From assembly GCA_018400405.1 (NCBI GenBank), contig JAGYMX010000001.1, forward strand, positions 1 through 61,084: DNA of 61,084 nucleotides. The letters run 5' to 3'. The notes below the pieces were generated by a model. The model had not been told where the DNA came from and ran no database searches. It saw only the letters and a list, made by a program, of their open reading frames with translations. The DNA is from a bacterium (GTDB lineage Bacteria > Patescibacteriota > Minisyncoccia > Minisyncoccales > PWPS01). The translations under genes were made by a program, and so were the position numbers. How positions within the stretch are numbered: position 1 is the stretch's first letter; every line of letters starts with the position of its first letter. Shown piece by piece: positions 43,652 through 52,918 of this stretch.

Positions 43652-43707
43652 ATCACTTTCTAACTTTTTAGCAAATACTTTCTTTAAAAATTTTTATTAA
43701 GCTTTTC

Positions 43708-44055
43708 TTAAACAAACTCAACAATAACCATTCTTGCTCCATCTTCTATGCGTGGACCAGTTTTTAAAATTCGTATATATCCTCCGGGACGTTCTTTATA
43801 GCGAGGCCCAATCTCTTTTATCAATTTTTCAGCGACATCTTCGGAAAGTTTTTTTATTAAAACTCGCCGATTATAAACAGTGTTTTCTTTCGCTCTTGTA
43901 ACTACTTTTTCAACAAAAGGACGTAACTCTTTCGCTTTTGCCTCTGTTGTTTTAATTTTTTCATTTAAAACAAGCGCACGACAAAGAGAGAGAAGAAGAG
44001 CTTTTTTTTGATCTTTTTTTCTTCCAAATCTTCTTTTGTTTTTTATTCTCGGCAT
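43708..44055 (-). CDS. rplQ: 50S ribosomal protein L17 (bL17)
   Basis: 115 aa. TTEAKAKELRPFVEKVVT. Follows rpoA. Confidence 0.94.
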   Translation of the reverse strand: MPRIKNKRRFGRKKDQKKALLLSLCRALVLNEKIKTTEAKAKELRPFVEKVVTRAKENTVYNRRVLIKKLSEDVAEKLIKEIGPRYKERPGGYIRILKTGPRIEDGARMVIVEFV

Positions 44056-44065
44056 AACTTTTTAT

Positions 44066-45034
44066 CTACTTTCCTTCTTTTTTAAGTTCTAACTTTTTCT
44101 TTTTTAACGCTTTCTTTATCTCTTTTACTCCCTTTTCCCCCATCCCCTTAAGATTAGCGACATCTTCTTCTTTTTTTCTTAAAAGATTTTTTACCGATTT
44201 AATTCTGTTTTCCGCTAAGATATTTACTGTCCGTGTAGAAATTCCTAAATCTTCAATTGTCATATCTTCTTCATCTCCTTTCTTCTCTTTGCTCTTTTTT
44301 TCTTTTTTCTCTTCGCTCTTTTTTTCTTTTTTTGTTTTCTCCTTTTCTTCTTTTTTAAAGGAAGAAACTATAGAAAAGTGTTTCGCTAAAATATCTACTG
44401 CTTGAAGAAGTGCCTCTTCGGGAGATATTGTTTTATCTGTTTCAATTTCAATAAATAAACGTTCAAAATCCGTCCTTTTTCCTACACGCATGTTTCTTAT
44501 ATAAAAATTCGTTCTTTTCACGGGCGTGAAAATAGAATCTATAAGTATCTGCCCTATCTCTAACTTCTCTTCTTTTTTTTCTTCTGCAGAAGAATATCCT
44601 GTTCCTTTCTCTATTTCAACTTCCATATCAAGAGACGCTTGCTTTCCTGTAACTGTTGCAATATGTGCCTCTGGATTAACAAGCTCTATCTGGGTAGGAA
44701 GATTAAAGTGAGAACCTTTAACATCTTTTTCTCCCTTTATCTTTAATCGTGCAACCTGTGGTTCATCGCTGTGCATTCGAAAACGAAGTTCCTTTAGATT
44801 AAGGATAATTGTTATCACATCTTCCATTACTCCTGGAATTGTAGAAAATTCATGGCTTACGCCCTCTATTTTTACCTTTGTGACCGCCGCTCCTCCAAGA
44901 GAAGAAAGAAGGACACGACGCAAGCTGTTTCCAATGGTTGTTCCGTATCCTGGATAAAGAGAATCTATCTCAAAAACTGCTTTATTCTCTTCTTCTTTTT
45001 CTATAATTTTAGGTTTTGATGGTAACGGAATCAT
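44066..45034 (-). CDS. rpoA: DNA-directed RNA polymerase alpha subunit with K/E-rich NTD-CTD linker
   Basis: 322 aa. NTD (GYGTTIGNSLRRVLLSSL), CTD (IEDLGISTRTVNILAENRIKSVKNL), ~40-aa KEEKEK linker. Confidence 0.95.
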   Translation of the reverse strand: MIPLPSKPKIIEKEEENKAVFEIDSLYPGYGTTIGNSLRRVLLSSLGGAAVTKVKIEGVSHEFSTIPGVMEDVITIILNLKELRFRMHSDEPQVARLKIKGEKDVKGSHFNLPTQIELVNPEAHIATVTGKQASLDMEVEIEKGTGYSSAEEKKEEKLEIGQILIDSIFTPVKRTNFYIRNMRVGKRTDFERLFIEIETDKTISPEEALLQAVDILAKHFSIVSSFKKEEKEKTKKEKKSEEKKEKKSKEKKGDEEDMTIEDLGISTRTVNILAENRIKSVKNLLRKKEEDVANLKGMGEKGVKEIKKALKKKKLELKKEGK

Positions 45035-45088
45035 ACTATGTTTTTAGTTCGGAAATTGCAAAAAATTTTGCTCTTCCGATTACTATTA

Positions 45089-45721
45089 TTATCTTGAATA
45101 AAATTCAAATATGGAAGAAATTTCTACCGGCGGAGCAACCTCTGTAACTACTACTTCCCCAGTAACCTCTCCTTCCAACTTTTTTTTATCTAAAGAAATC
45201 CATGCAGGAGGAGTAAAGTTTTTCATTTTATTTTCAAAATCTTCAAAAATCTTGCTTTTCTTCTTTCCTGGTCTCACAGATACAACACACCCCAGCTTTA
45301 CTTGATAAGATGGTCTATCTACCGGCTTTCCGTTGACATGAAAAAATCCATAGCTTATCATCTGTCTTGCTTGAGATCGCGAAACAGCAAAACCCATACG
45401 ATAAACTGTATTGTCAAGTCTGTTTTCTAGTTTTCGTAAAAGTTGATCTCCTGCAGATTCTTTCTTCTGTGGTTTGTTGATCACTGATTTTACATACCGT
45501 AAAATCTGCCCTTCTTTTAAATCATACCAGTAACGTAGTTTTTGTTTTTCTGTAAGTTCTCTTCCATACTCTGAAGTATGTCCTCTTCTTCTTTTCGGTT
45601 TCTGTCCAGGGGGATATGGTTTTTTTATCATCGGGCACTTCTGTGACTCACACTTTTCACCTTTTAGGAAAAGCTTTGATCCTACCCGACGGCACTTTTT
45701 ACACTCTGTCGTTTTTCTCAT
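45089..45721 (-). CDS. rpsD: 30S ribosomal protein S4 (uS4), Zn-finger form
   Basis: 210 aa. CKKCRR...CESQKC and S4 domain. Confidence 0.95.
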   Translation of the reverse strand: MRKTTECKKCRRVGSKLFLKGEKCESQKCPMIKKPYPPGQKPKRRRGHTSEYGRELTEKQKLRYWYDLKEGQILRYVKSVINKPQKKESAGDQLLRKLENRLDNTVYRMGFAVSRSQARQMISYGFFHVNGKPVDRPSYQVKLGCVVSVRPGKKKSKIFEDFENKMKNFTPPAWISLDKKKLEGEVTGEVVVTEVAPPVEISSIFEFYSR

Positions 45722-45724
45722 AAT

Positions 45725-46171
45725 TTATGGTCTTCTTGGTCCTTTTGGACGACACCCGTTATGTGGAATGGGGGTAACGTCTTTTATAGAATTAATAATA
45801 ATATTCTTTCCCGCTAAAGCACGAAGAGCGGATGATCTTCCTGATCCTATACCTTTCACAAAAACATCTACTTCTTTCATCCCCATCTTTTCCGCTTTTT
45901 CTGCAATCACATTTGTTACTTCAGAGGCAGCATAAGGTGTTGCTTTTTTTGTTCCCTTAAAGCCAAGATTTCCCGCACTTGCCCAAAGTAAAACTTTTCC
46001 TTCTTTATCTGTAAGGTTCATCATCGTATTGTTGTAAGAAGCGGAAATATAAATCCTTCCTTTTTCTACTCCTCTCTTTTTTACCTTCCCTTTCTTTTTT
46101 GCTGCCTCAAGCTTTTCTCTCTCTTCAATAATCTCCTCTTCTGTTTTTTTAATTACTCTTTTTTTTCCCAT
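45725..46171 (-). CDS. rpsK: 30S ribosomal protein S11 (uS11)
   Basis: 148 aa. IYISASYNNTMMNLTD...TPIPHNGCRPKGPRR. Confidence 0.96.
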   Translation of the reverse strand: MGKKRVIKKTEEEIIEEREKLEAAKKKGKVKKRGVEKGRIYISASYNNTMMNLTDKEGKVLLWASAGNLGFKGTKKATPYAASEVTNVIAEKAEKMGMKEVDVFVKGIGSGRSSALRALAGKNIIINSIKDVTPIPHNGCRPKGPRRP

Positions 46172-46181
46172 AAATGTTTAT

Positions 46182-46571
46182 TTATTTCGGTGATGGAGCT
46201 GCCTTTCTTCCTGATCCGGCAATTCTTCTTACGTTTCCTCGCACTGTTCGGTTATTTGTTCTTGTGTTCTGTCCTCTTACAGGAAGACCTCTTTTATGTC
46301 TTACCCCCCGATAACACTCAATTCTTTTTAATCTATCCACGGCTTCTCTTCTCTCTCTCCTTAATTCTCCTTCTATTTTATATTTTTTCTCTATAATCTC
46401 TCTTAAATTTTTAAGCTCCTCGTCATTAAGTTTTTCTGTTCTTTTTGATTCTTCAATGCCTGCTTCCTTAAGTATCTTCTTGCTAAGCTCACTCCCGATA
46501 CCATAAATATAGGTAAGCGCTATTACCACTCTTTTTTCTTTTGGAATTGTTACTCCTCCTATTCTTGCCAT
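46182..46571 (-). CDS. rpsM: 30S ribosomal protein S13 (uS13)
   Basis: 129 aa. [26 protein letters not shown]. Confidence 0.96.
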   Translation of the reverse strand: MARIGGVTIPKEKRVVIALTYIYGIGSELSKKILKEAGIEESKRTEKLNDEELKNLREIIEKKYKIEGELRRERREAVDRLKRIECYRGVRHKRGLPVRGQNTRTNNRTVRGNVRRIAGSGRKAAPSPK

Positions 46572-46574
46572 CTT

Positions 46575-46688
46575 TTATCCTTGGCGTTGTTTGTGCCTTT
46601 TATTTTTACAAATAACATAAACCTTGTTCTTTCGACGAACAACCTTACAATCTCGACAAATTTTTTTTACTGAAGAATGCACCTTCAC
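46575..46688 (-). CDS. rpmJ: 50S ribosomal protein L36 (bL36), Zn form, GTG start
   Basis: Absent from the ORF track (37 aa). Manual translation: (M)[36 protein letters not shown]. Canonical position between infA and rpsM. Confidence 0.9.
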   Translation of the reverse strand: MKVHSSVKKICRDCKVVRRKNKVYVICKNKRHKQRQG

Positions 46689-46751
46689 TTCTCAAAAATT
46701 ACGTCCTTATATAGAAAAAACTAATTTCGGACAAATTACTTCTAAATTAAA

Positions 46752-46785
46752 TAAAAAAAAGCAAAAGAAGACCGTAAAGGTCTCC
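46752..46785 (-). terminator. Intrinsic terminator after infA
   Basis: Minus strand GGAGACC-UUUAC-GGUCUUC followed by UUUUGCUUUUUUUU. Confidence 0.7.
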
Positions 46786-46827
46786 ACGACCTTCCATAAA
46801 AAAGAAAATCTTTCTTCTCGAAAAACT

Positions 46828-47040
46828 CTAACCTCGGTAAACAATCCTTCCTTTTGTTCTGTCGTAATCATTCACCTCCACGGTTACCTTGTCTCCTGGA
46901 AGAACTTTTATACGGTGAATACGCAACTTCCCTGCCAAATGAGCGTTAACTTCCGTTCCATCGTCCATTTTAACCTTAAAATGAGTATTAGGCAACGCCT
47001 CTATGACGACTCCTTTTTGTTTATCGTTGTTAGAATTCAT
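46828..47040 (-). CDS. infA: Translation initiation factor IF-1
   Basis: 70 aa. S1-like OB fold, VIEALPNTHFKVKMDDGTEVNAHLAGKLRIHRIKVLPGDKV. Confidence 0.95.
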   Translation of the reverse strand: MNSNNDKQKGVVIEALPNTHFKVKMDDGTEVNAHLAGKLRIHRIKVLPGDKVTVEVNDYDRTKGRIVYRG

Positions 47041-47052
47041 TTACAGGACACA

Positions 47053-47081
47053 AGAATAACAATTTTTTTAATTTTTGTCAA
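47053..47081 (-). promoter_or_regulatory. Sigma-70-type promoter, TTGACA-17-TATTCT, for infA
   Basis: Minus strand TTGACA(47081-47076) + 17 nt + TATTCT(47058-47053). Confidence 0.55.
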
Positions 47082-47113
47082 ATTTAAAAAAGTTTTAAAA
47101 AATAATTTTTCCT

Positions 47114-48325
47114 CTATTTAAATTCAAGAACTACTTTTATCTTCTCCTTAGAACTTGCAATCCTTGACAATCCAAAGGGTTTTGTTTTTATTTCTACATT
47201 TTCCACGCCCCTTTTTTCTTTTATTTTTTCTTTTGCAGTTTCAAAATCAAGCCCAACAACCTCTCGACGGATACTCTCTGTATCAATGTCAGCATAAATA
47301 TCAGCAGAAAATTGAAGAAAAATATCCGCTTCTCCCTCAAAGAAGTTTATTCTGGAAAAAGTTAATAAGATATCCTCTGTCTCTTTGCGCCAAGTGTGAC
47401 TTTCGGGAAGTGCACTTTTTATAAAATCTTCTACAGATTCTTTGCCTACCGTCATTACCTTTATATCCGCCTCCAACTGAAAGAGAAAAGTATCGTCTTC
47501 TTCCGTCTCTTCTTCTTGAAATGTTCTTTCCGCAACCTCTAAAATATACTGCGAATCATATTGAAGAAAGTAATCCTCTTCATATTTTTCTTTTAAGAGG
47601 GATATTCCTTTTTCCAAAAGATCTTCTTTCATCTGCAGTTCTGCGCGATTCATCGTTTCATCATCAAGAAAAGGAACTTCCTTTAACATACCTTCTTCTT
47701 TAAGATTAAAAGAAATCCCCTTCACTTCTCCATAGAGTGCCGTTCCTTTTAATCCCGGCAAAACGAATTCCGAATCAGCAGAGATGTTGTAATCTTCTCC
47801 CGGTTCTGCCGCAATAACTTCTACAAGAGAGCACCCTCCATTATCATCTTTCCCTGGAAGAACAAACGGTTTTTTTGCAAGAAAAAACTCTCCACTATCA
47901 GAAACAAATCTTGTTCCTTCTAAAAAATTCATCTGTGTATCTTTGTACTCTTGACACACCTCTATCTCCCCTTCTGCTTTTTTCTCTACTGTTCTCCTCC
48001 CCTCTATTGGAAACTCACGAGTCTCAGAAACCTTTTCGGCAAAAACTACTCCTCTTATCTCTTCTTCTTTAAGTGATCCTGTGGTACGCAAAAGAACATC
48101 TTTCGCAATCTGATAATTTTCTACAAAAGGATAAACAACTACTTCCGTATTATAAAAAATATAATAAATATACCCTAAGAAAAATAAAAAAACAAAAAGA
48201 AGAAGATATGTCCAACCTCCAAAAGGTCTTTTCTTTATAACATTAACCGTTTTGTCTGTTTTTAATCTCACACCTTCCTCCTTTTTTTCTTTGGGAGAAT
48301 AGATATCGATAACTTTCTTTTTCAT
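47114..48325 (-). CDS. Hypothetical single-pass membrane-anchored protein with large extracytoplasmic domain
   Basis: 403 aa. Basic N-terminus, one TM helix (WTYLLLFVFLFFLGYIYYIF), acidic beta-rich remainder. No recognisable motif. Confidence 0.6.
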   Translation of the reverse strand: MKKKVIDIYSPKEKKEEGVRLKTDKTVNVIKKRPFGGWTYLLLFVFLFFLGYIYYIFYNTEVVVYPFVENYQIAKDVLLRTTGSLKEEEIRGVVFAEKVSETREFPIEGRRTVEKKAEGEIEVCQEYKDTQMNFLEGTRFVSDSGEFFLAKKPFVLPGKDDNGGCSLVEVIAAEPGEDYNISADSEFVLPGLKGTALYGEVKGISFNLKEEGMLKEVPFLDDETMNRAELQMKEDLLEKGISLLKEKYEEDYFLQYDSQYILEVAERTFQEEETEEDDTFLFQLEADIKVMTVGKESVEDFIKSALPESHTWRKETEDILLTFSRINFFEGEADIFLQFSADIYADIDTESIRREVVGLDFETAKEKIKEKRGVENVEIKTKPFGLSRIASSKEKIKVVLEFK

Positions 48326-48396
48326 TCTTTAAAAAATTATTAATAAAAGTCTTTTAAAGTAGTGCTAAGTAAATCTATCTTATTTTAAGAAAAATA

Positions 48397-50280
48397 TCAA
48401 TTTTTATCTTTTTCTTTAAGAACGGCCTTTATTCTTCTTACTCCCGCAGAAGAAGACTCTTCTTTGATAATAGAAAACCTGCCCAGTTCCGCTGTATTTT
48501 TTACATGTGGCCCGCTACATACTTCTTTAGAAAAAACACTCCCGTCTTCATCAATAATAGAGTAAACAGAAACATTTTTCGGATACTTTTCTTTAAAAGA
48601 AGCAACTGCTCCTGACTTTAAAGCGTCTTCAATGGTCATCTCTTCCTTTTTTACACTTAATCCTTTTTTAATTGTTTCGTTAACCATATCTTCTACTTTT
48701 TTTATTTCTTTTTCTGTTGGTTTTTTCTCACACGAAAAATCAAACCTTAACCTTTCAGTATTAATATTGCTTCCCTTCTGAGAAACACTCTCTCCAAGAA
48801 CCTTTTTTAAAGAAGATAACAAAAGATGTGTTGCTGTATGAAGATTTACTGTTTTGTTTTTCTTATCAGCAAGTCCACTTTTAAAAACTCCTGCAGAAAG
48901 TTCCCGAGAAAGGTTTTTGTGCTTTTCCATTTCTCTATAAAACCCTTTCTTATCTACTTTCTGCCCCTTCTCTTTTGCAAGTTCCTCTGTGAGTTCTATC
49001 GGAAAACCGTAAGTCTGGTAAAGAAAAGCTGCTCTTTCCCCATCAATCACCTTTTTTTCTTTTAACTTTGCAAATTCCTTTAATCCCTTCTCCACTGTTT
49101 TTTGGAAAGCTAACTCTTCTTTCTCCAGTGTTTTGTAAACAAATTCCGAGTTTCCTTCTATTTCTGGATAAACATCTCGATAAACTTCTATTACTTTTTC
49201 TGCAACTTCTTTTGTCCAAGAAAGAGAAAACATATCAAGTTGTTTCCCGTGTCTTACCGCACGTCTTATAAGACGCCTCACAAAATAACCCTGGCCTTTG
49301 TTTGAGGGAGAAACCCCTTTTTCATCTCCGATAATAAAAACCGCTGCCTTGATGTGATCTGCAATAATCTCAAACGACCGCGCTTTTTCTTCATACTTAA
49401 AAGAAGAAATTTCTTCTATTTTTTTAATAATCGGCAAAAAAAGATCTCCTAAAAACACGTTTGTTTCTCCCTGACAAACCATTGCCAGCCGCTCAAGACC
49501 TCCCCCAAAATCAACATTTTTTTGAGAAAGTTTTTTGAAACCACTTTTTGTTTTTAAAAATTCCATAAAAACACTGTTTCCTATCTCGATAAATCGTCCA
49601 CAATCACAGTTAATATGACACGGTTTATTTTTCCATGGCGAGTTTTCGTGTCGTTTTAAATCTTCCCCTAAATCATAAAAAACCTCACTATCCGGCCCCC
49701 CCGGTTCCCCAACGGGCATGTCTTCCGGAACTCCTGCTCGCGACCACCAGTTTTTTTTATCATCGTAATAAAAAATTCTTCCGCCTTGCATTCCTTTTTT
49801 TTCTGAAAAATCAACATCTTTCGCTTCTAATCCTTTTTTTTGAAATAACTTCTTCCATATCTCTGCCGACTCTGTATCTTTTTTAATTCCTTTTTCTTTG
49901 TTTCCACGGTGTACAGAAACATAAATTCTTTTCGGATCAAGCATCAACTCTTCCGTAAAAAACTGAAAAATCCAGTTTAATTGATCTTTTTTGAAATAAT
50001 CCCCAAGGGACCAGTTTCCAAGCATTTCAAAAAAGGTAGTATGACGCATATCTCCTACCTCTTCTATATCATCACTACGAAAACACTTTTGTGAATTTGT
50101 TAAACGTTTCCCTTCTGGGTGTTTCTTTCCAAGAAGATAAGGGACAAGAGGGAACATTCCAGAGTTCACAAAAAGAAGAGAAGAATCATTTTCCGGAATC
50201 AAAGAGGCGGAAGGAATTACTGTGTGTCCTCTTTTTTTATAAAAATCTAAAAACTTTTTCCGAATCTCTTTTGAGTCCAT
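48397..50280 (-). CDS. alaS: Alanyl-tRNA synthetase lacking the C-Ala domain
   Basis: 627 aa. Catalytic core (FLDFYKKRGHTVIPSASL...), editing-domain Zn motifs HTATHLL and CSGPHV. It ends ~25 aa after the editing domain. Confidence 0.92.
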   Translation of the reverse strand: MDSKEIRKKFLDFYKKRGHTVIPSASLIPENDSSLLFVNSGMFPLVPYLLGKKHPEGKRLTNSQKCFRSDDIEEVGDMRHTTFFEMLGNWSLGDYFKKDQLNWIFQFFTEELMLDPKRIYVSVHRGNKEKGIKKDTESAEIWKKLFQKKGLEAKDVDFSEKKGMQGGRIFYYDDKKNWWSRAGVPEDMPVGEPGGPDSEVFYDLGEDLKRHENSPWKNKPCHINCDCGRFIEIGNSVFMEFLKTKSGFKKLSQKNVDFGGGLERLAMVCQGETNVFLGDLFLPIIKKIEEISSFKYEEKARSFEIIADHIKAAVFIIGDEKGVSPSNKGQGYFVRRLIRRAVRHGKQLDMFSLSWTKEVAEKVIEVYRDVYPEIEGNSEFVYKTLEKEELAFQKTVEKGLKEFAKLKEKKVIDGERAAFLYQTYGFPIELTEELAKEKGQKVDKKGFYREMEKHKNLSRELSAGVFKSGLADKKNKTVNLHTATHLLLSSLKKVLGESVSQKGSNINTERLRFDFSCEKKPTEKEIKKVEDMVNETIKKGLSVKKEEMTIEDALKSGAVASFKEKYPKNVSVYSIIDEDGSVFSKEVCSGPHVKNTAELGRFSIIKEESSSAGVRRIKAVLKEKDKN

Positions 50281-50293
50281 AAGAAATTACTCT

Positions 50294-51004
50294 TTACTTT
50301 GTTACATTTTTTAGTAACTTGGAAAAACTCTCCTTTTTCAGCGAAACACCCCCAATAAGAAGACCTTGAAAACCTGCATCTTTTATATAAAGAGAAGCAT
50401 TTTTTGCGTTCACGCTTCCTCCGTAAAGAACAGGCGTTTTTTCTCCTTTTTTTTCTATATCTTGGAGAACTTTTTTAATAAAAAATAGTCTTTTTTTTGC
50501 AACATCTAACGGACAAGAATTGCCTGTCCCAATAGCAAAACGAGGTTCGTAGGCAACAATAATATGTTTAAGAGAAGTCCCCTTAAGAAGCCCCACAAGT
50601 TGTTTTTTCACTTCTTCTTCATTTTTTCTGCTCTTTCTCTTCTCTCCAATACAAACTATCGGGGAAATACCTACGGATAATACTAAAGCTATTTTTTCCC
50701 TTATCTTTTTAGTGTCTTCTTCAAAAAGTTCTCTTCTTTCTGAGTGTCCAAGAATAACATACTTACACCCTGCTTCTTTTAACATAAGAGGAGAAATCTC
50801 CCCTGTAAATGCTCCTCTCTTTTTAGAGAAACAGTTTTGCGCCCCAGTGTTTGCTTTTTTTAAAATTTTTTTTATTTCTAAAAGAAAAACAAATGGTGGA
50901 CAAAGAACAACGTTCTTCTCGTCAGAAACAGAAGCAATCTCTTTTGCTTCTTTTAGTTTTTGTGGGTTCATTTTCCAATTGGCGACAACAAGTGGCTGAG
51001 ACAT
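50294..51004 (-). CDS. tpiA: Triosephosphate isomerase
   Basis: 236 aa. ANWKMN, GHSERR, AYEPRFAIGTG. Confidence 0.93.
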   Translation of the reverse strand: MSQPLVVANWKMNPQKLKEAKEIASVSDEKNVVLCPPFVFLLEIKKILKKANTGAQNCFSKKRGAFTGEISPLMLKEAGCKYVILGHSERRELFEEDTKKIREKIALVLSVGISPIVCIGEKRKSRKNEEEVKKQLVGLLKGTSLKHIIVAYEPRFAIGTGNSCPLDVAKKRLFFIKKVLQDIEKKGEKTPVLYGGSVNAKNASLYIKDAGFQGLLIGGVSLKKESFSKLLKNVTK

Positions 51005-51005
51005 A

Positions 51006-52040
51006 TTACTGGTTTCTAAGATATTCCGCTGCTTTCTCCGGTTTTATTGTAGAAATCTCCATTCTTGCTCCAAGCTCAAATCCTGCCAAAACAGATGTTT
51101 TTGGAAGTATTGTCCAGTGCCAGTGATAATATCCATGGTCCATCCCATCAGAAGGAGCGCAGTGCAAATAAAAGTTATAAGGAGGATCGTTGAGCCCTTT
51201 ATAAAGTTTTGAAAGGGCAACACGGAACGCATCCGCAAGTAGGTCGAGCTCCTTTTCGTTTATCTCTTCAAAGTAAGCAAGATGCTTTTTGGGAGAGATA
51301 ATTGTTTGGAAAGCAGCCTTTGAGGCAAAAGGACAAAGAACAAGAAAAAGATCATTCTCATAAATAATCCTTTCCCTTTTTTCCATCTCCCACTCGTTCA
51401 TCTGACAGTATATACAGTTTTTCTTTTTTTCATGATACGTCCTTCCCTTCGCAAGGGCTTTGTTTAGGTCAATATCAATAAGTGGGGTGGTTAAAATCTG
51501 TGAATGAGGATGAGCAATAGAAGCCCCCGCTTCGACTCCATGATTGTGAAAAATAGAAACATAATTTACATGTTTTTTTCCTTTTAACTCTGTGTATCTG
51601 TTCTTGTAAAGAGCAAAAACCTCTCTTACTTTCTCAAATGGAAGTTCTCCCAAAGACTTATAGTGATCACGAGTAATAACTACCTCGTGATATCCTACGG
51701 CGTTCATTGTTTGATATAAACTGTTTTCATAACGTTTTTCTAATGTTTCCGATGGTATAAACGCAGGATACTTGTTGGGAATAGAAACCGCACTCCAGTT
51801 TTCCGTGACGGTATCTACTTTCTTCCCATCTTCAAAAGAAACTATCGCGTTTTTTATCTCTTCAAAATCACAAAATGGGCAACTTTCGCGAGATATTTCT
51901 TTTTTAATTCTTTCTTCTTTTTTAAACATCTCTGGCCTTTTTGCTCTTCCAGAAGCAATTACCACCCAATCACCAGAAGAAACGTCGTAGCGAAGTTCCG
52001 AGGGAAATTCCTTTTTTTCTTCATTTGTCATATTTTTCAA
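51006..52040 (-). CDS. Galactose-1-phosphate uridylyltransferase-family (HIT superfamily) nucleotidyltransferase
   Basis: 344 aa. CPFC zinc motif and HPHSQI catalytic His-x-His. The sugar-1-P substrate is not determinable from sequence. Confidence 0.8.
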   Translation of the reverse strand: MKNMTNEEKKEFPSELRYDVSSGDWVVIASGRAKRPEMFKKEERIKKEISRESCPFCDFEEIKNAIVSFEDGKKVDTVTENWSAVSIPNKYPAFIPSETLEKRYENSLYQTMNAVGYHEVVITRDHYKSLGELPFEKVREVFALYKNRYTELKGKKHVNYVSIFHNHGVEAGASIAHPHSQILTTPLIDIDLNKALAKGRTYHEKKKNCIYCQMNEWEMEKRERIIYENDLFLVLCPFASKAAFQTIISPKKHLAYFEEINEKELDLLADAFRVALSKLYKGLNDPPYNFYLHCAPSDGMDHGYYHWHWTILPKTSVLAGFELGARMEISTIKPEKAAEYLRNQ

Positions 52041-52168
52041 TTAAATATTTTAATTTAAAAACTATTTTTAAGATAATTTGTGCTCTTTTATTATACAAAA
52101 TAAGAATCTTCTTTACAAACTATCTGTGTTTGTTCTAAATTTTAAACAAAGATTATCCCTGTTTAACT

Positions 52169-52918
52169 TTACAATTTTGTAAGGATTTCTGTTCCCTTTT
52201 CTGTTATTGCTATCGTGTGTTCAAAGTGGGCAGAAAGAGAATCATCTACCGTTTTAAATCCCTTTCCTCCAGGACACTCAATAATATCTCCACTCCCCAT
52301 AGAAAGCATCGGTTCAATACAAAAGGCCATTCCTTTTACAATTTCTATTCCTTCGCGTCTTTTTCCTTCATTTAGGACCTGCGGGGACTCGTGAACCTCT
52401 CTTCCTATTCCGTGCCCGCAAAGCCCCCGAACAACGGCAAAACCACTTTTTCTTGCATGTCGCTCAATAGTATTCCCAATATCTCCGAGAGTATTTCCCT
52501 CTCTTGCTTTTTTAATCCCCCTTTTTAGTGCTTTTTTTGTTTCTCTTATGAGACGAAGCGAACCCTCTTTTTTTTCTTCTTCTCCTACAAGAAAAGTTAC
52601 TGCCATATCAGAGTGAAACCCTTTATAAAAAACACCTAAATCAAGAGAAAAGACATCTCCTTCTTTTAGTTTGTAGTCAGAAGGAACTCCGTGAACAATT
52701 ACTTCGTTAACGCTTGTACAAAGTGCAGCAGGAAAACCATTATAGTTTTTAAAAGAGGGCTTTCCCCCTCTTTCTAAAATTAATTTTTCTGCAAAATCAT
52801 TTAAAAAATTAGTTGTTACACCAGGGAGCGACTTTTCTTTTGTTTTTTCTATAACTTCTGCAAGGATCTTTGCGCTTTCCCTCATAAAAACAAACTCTTT
52901 TTCCGTTTTTAGTATCAT
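52169..52918 (-). CDS. map: Methionine aminopeptidase type I
   Basis: 249 aa. Pita-bread fold metal ligands (D..D..H..E..E pattern: LDLGVFYKGFHSDMA, GHGIGREVHE, FCIEPM, HFEHT). Confidence 0.93.
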   Translation of the reverse strand: MILKTEKEFVFMRESAKILAEVIEKTKEKSLPGVTTNFLNDFAEKLILERGGKPSFKNYNGFPAALCTSVNEVIVHGVPSDYKLKEGDVFSLDLGVFYKGFHSDMAVTFLVGEEEKKEGSLRLIRETKKALKRGIKKAREGNTLGDIGNTIERHARKSGFAVVRGLCGHGIGREVHESPQVLNEGKRREGIEIVKGMAFCIEPMLSMGSGDIIECPGGKGFKTVDDSLSAHFEHTIAITEKGTEILTKL

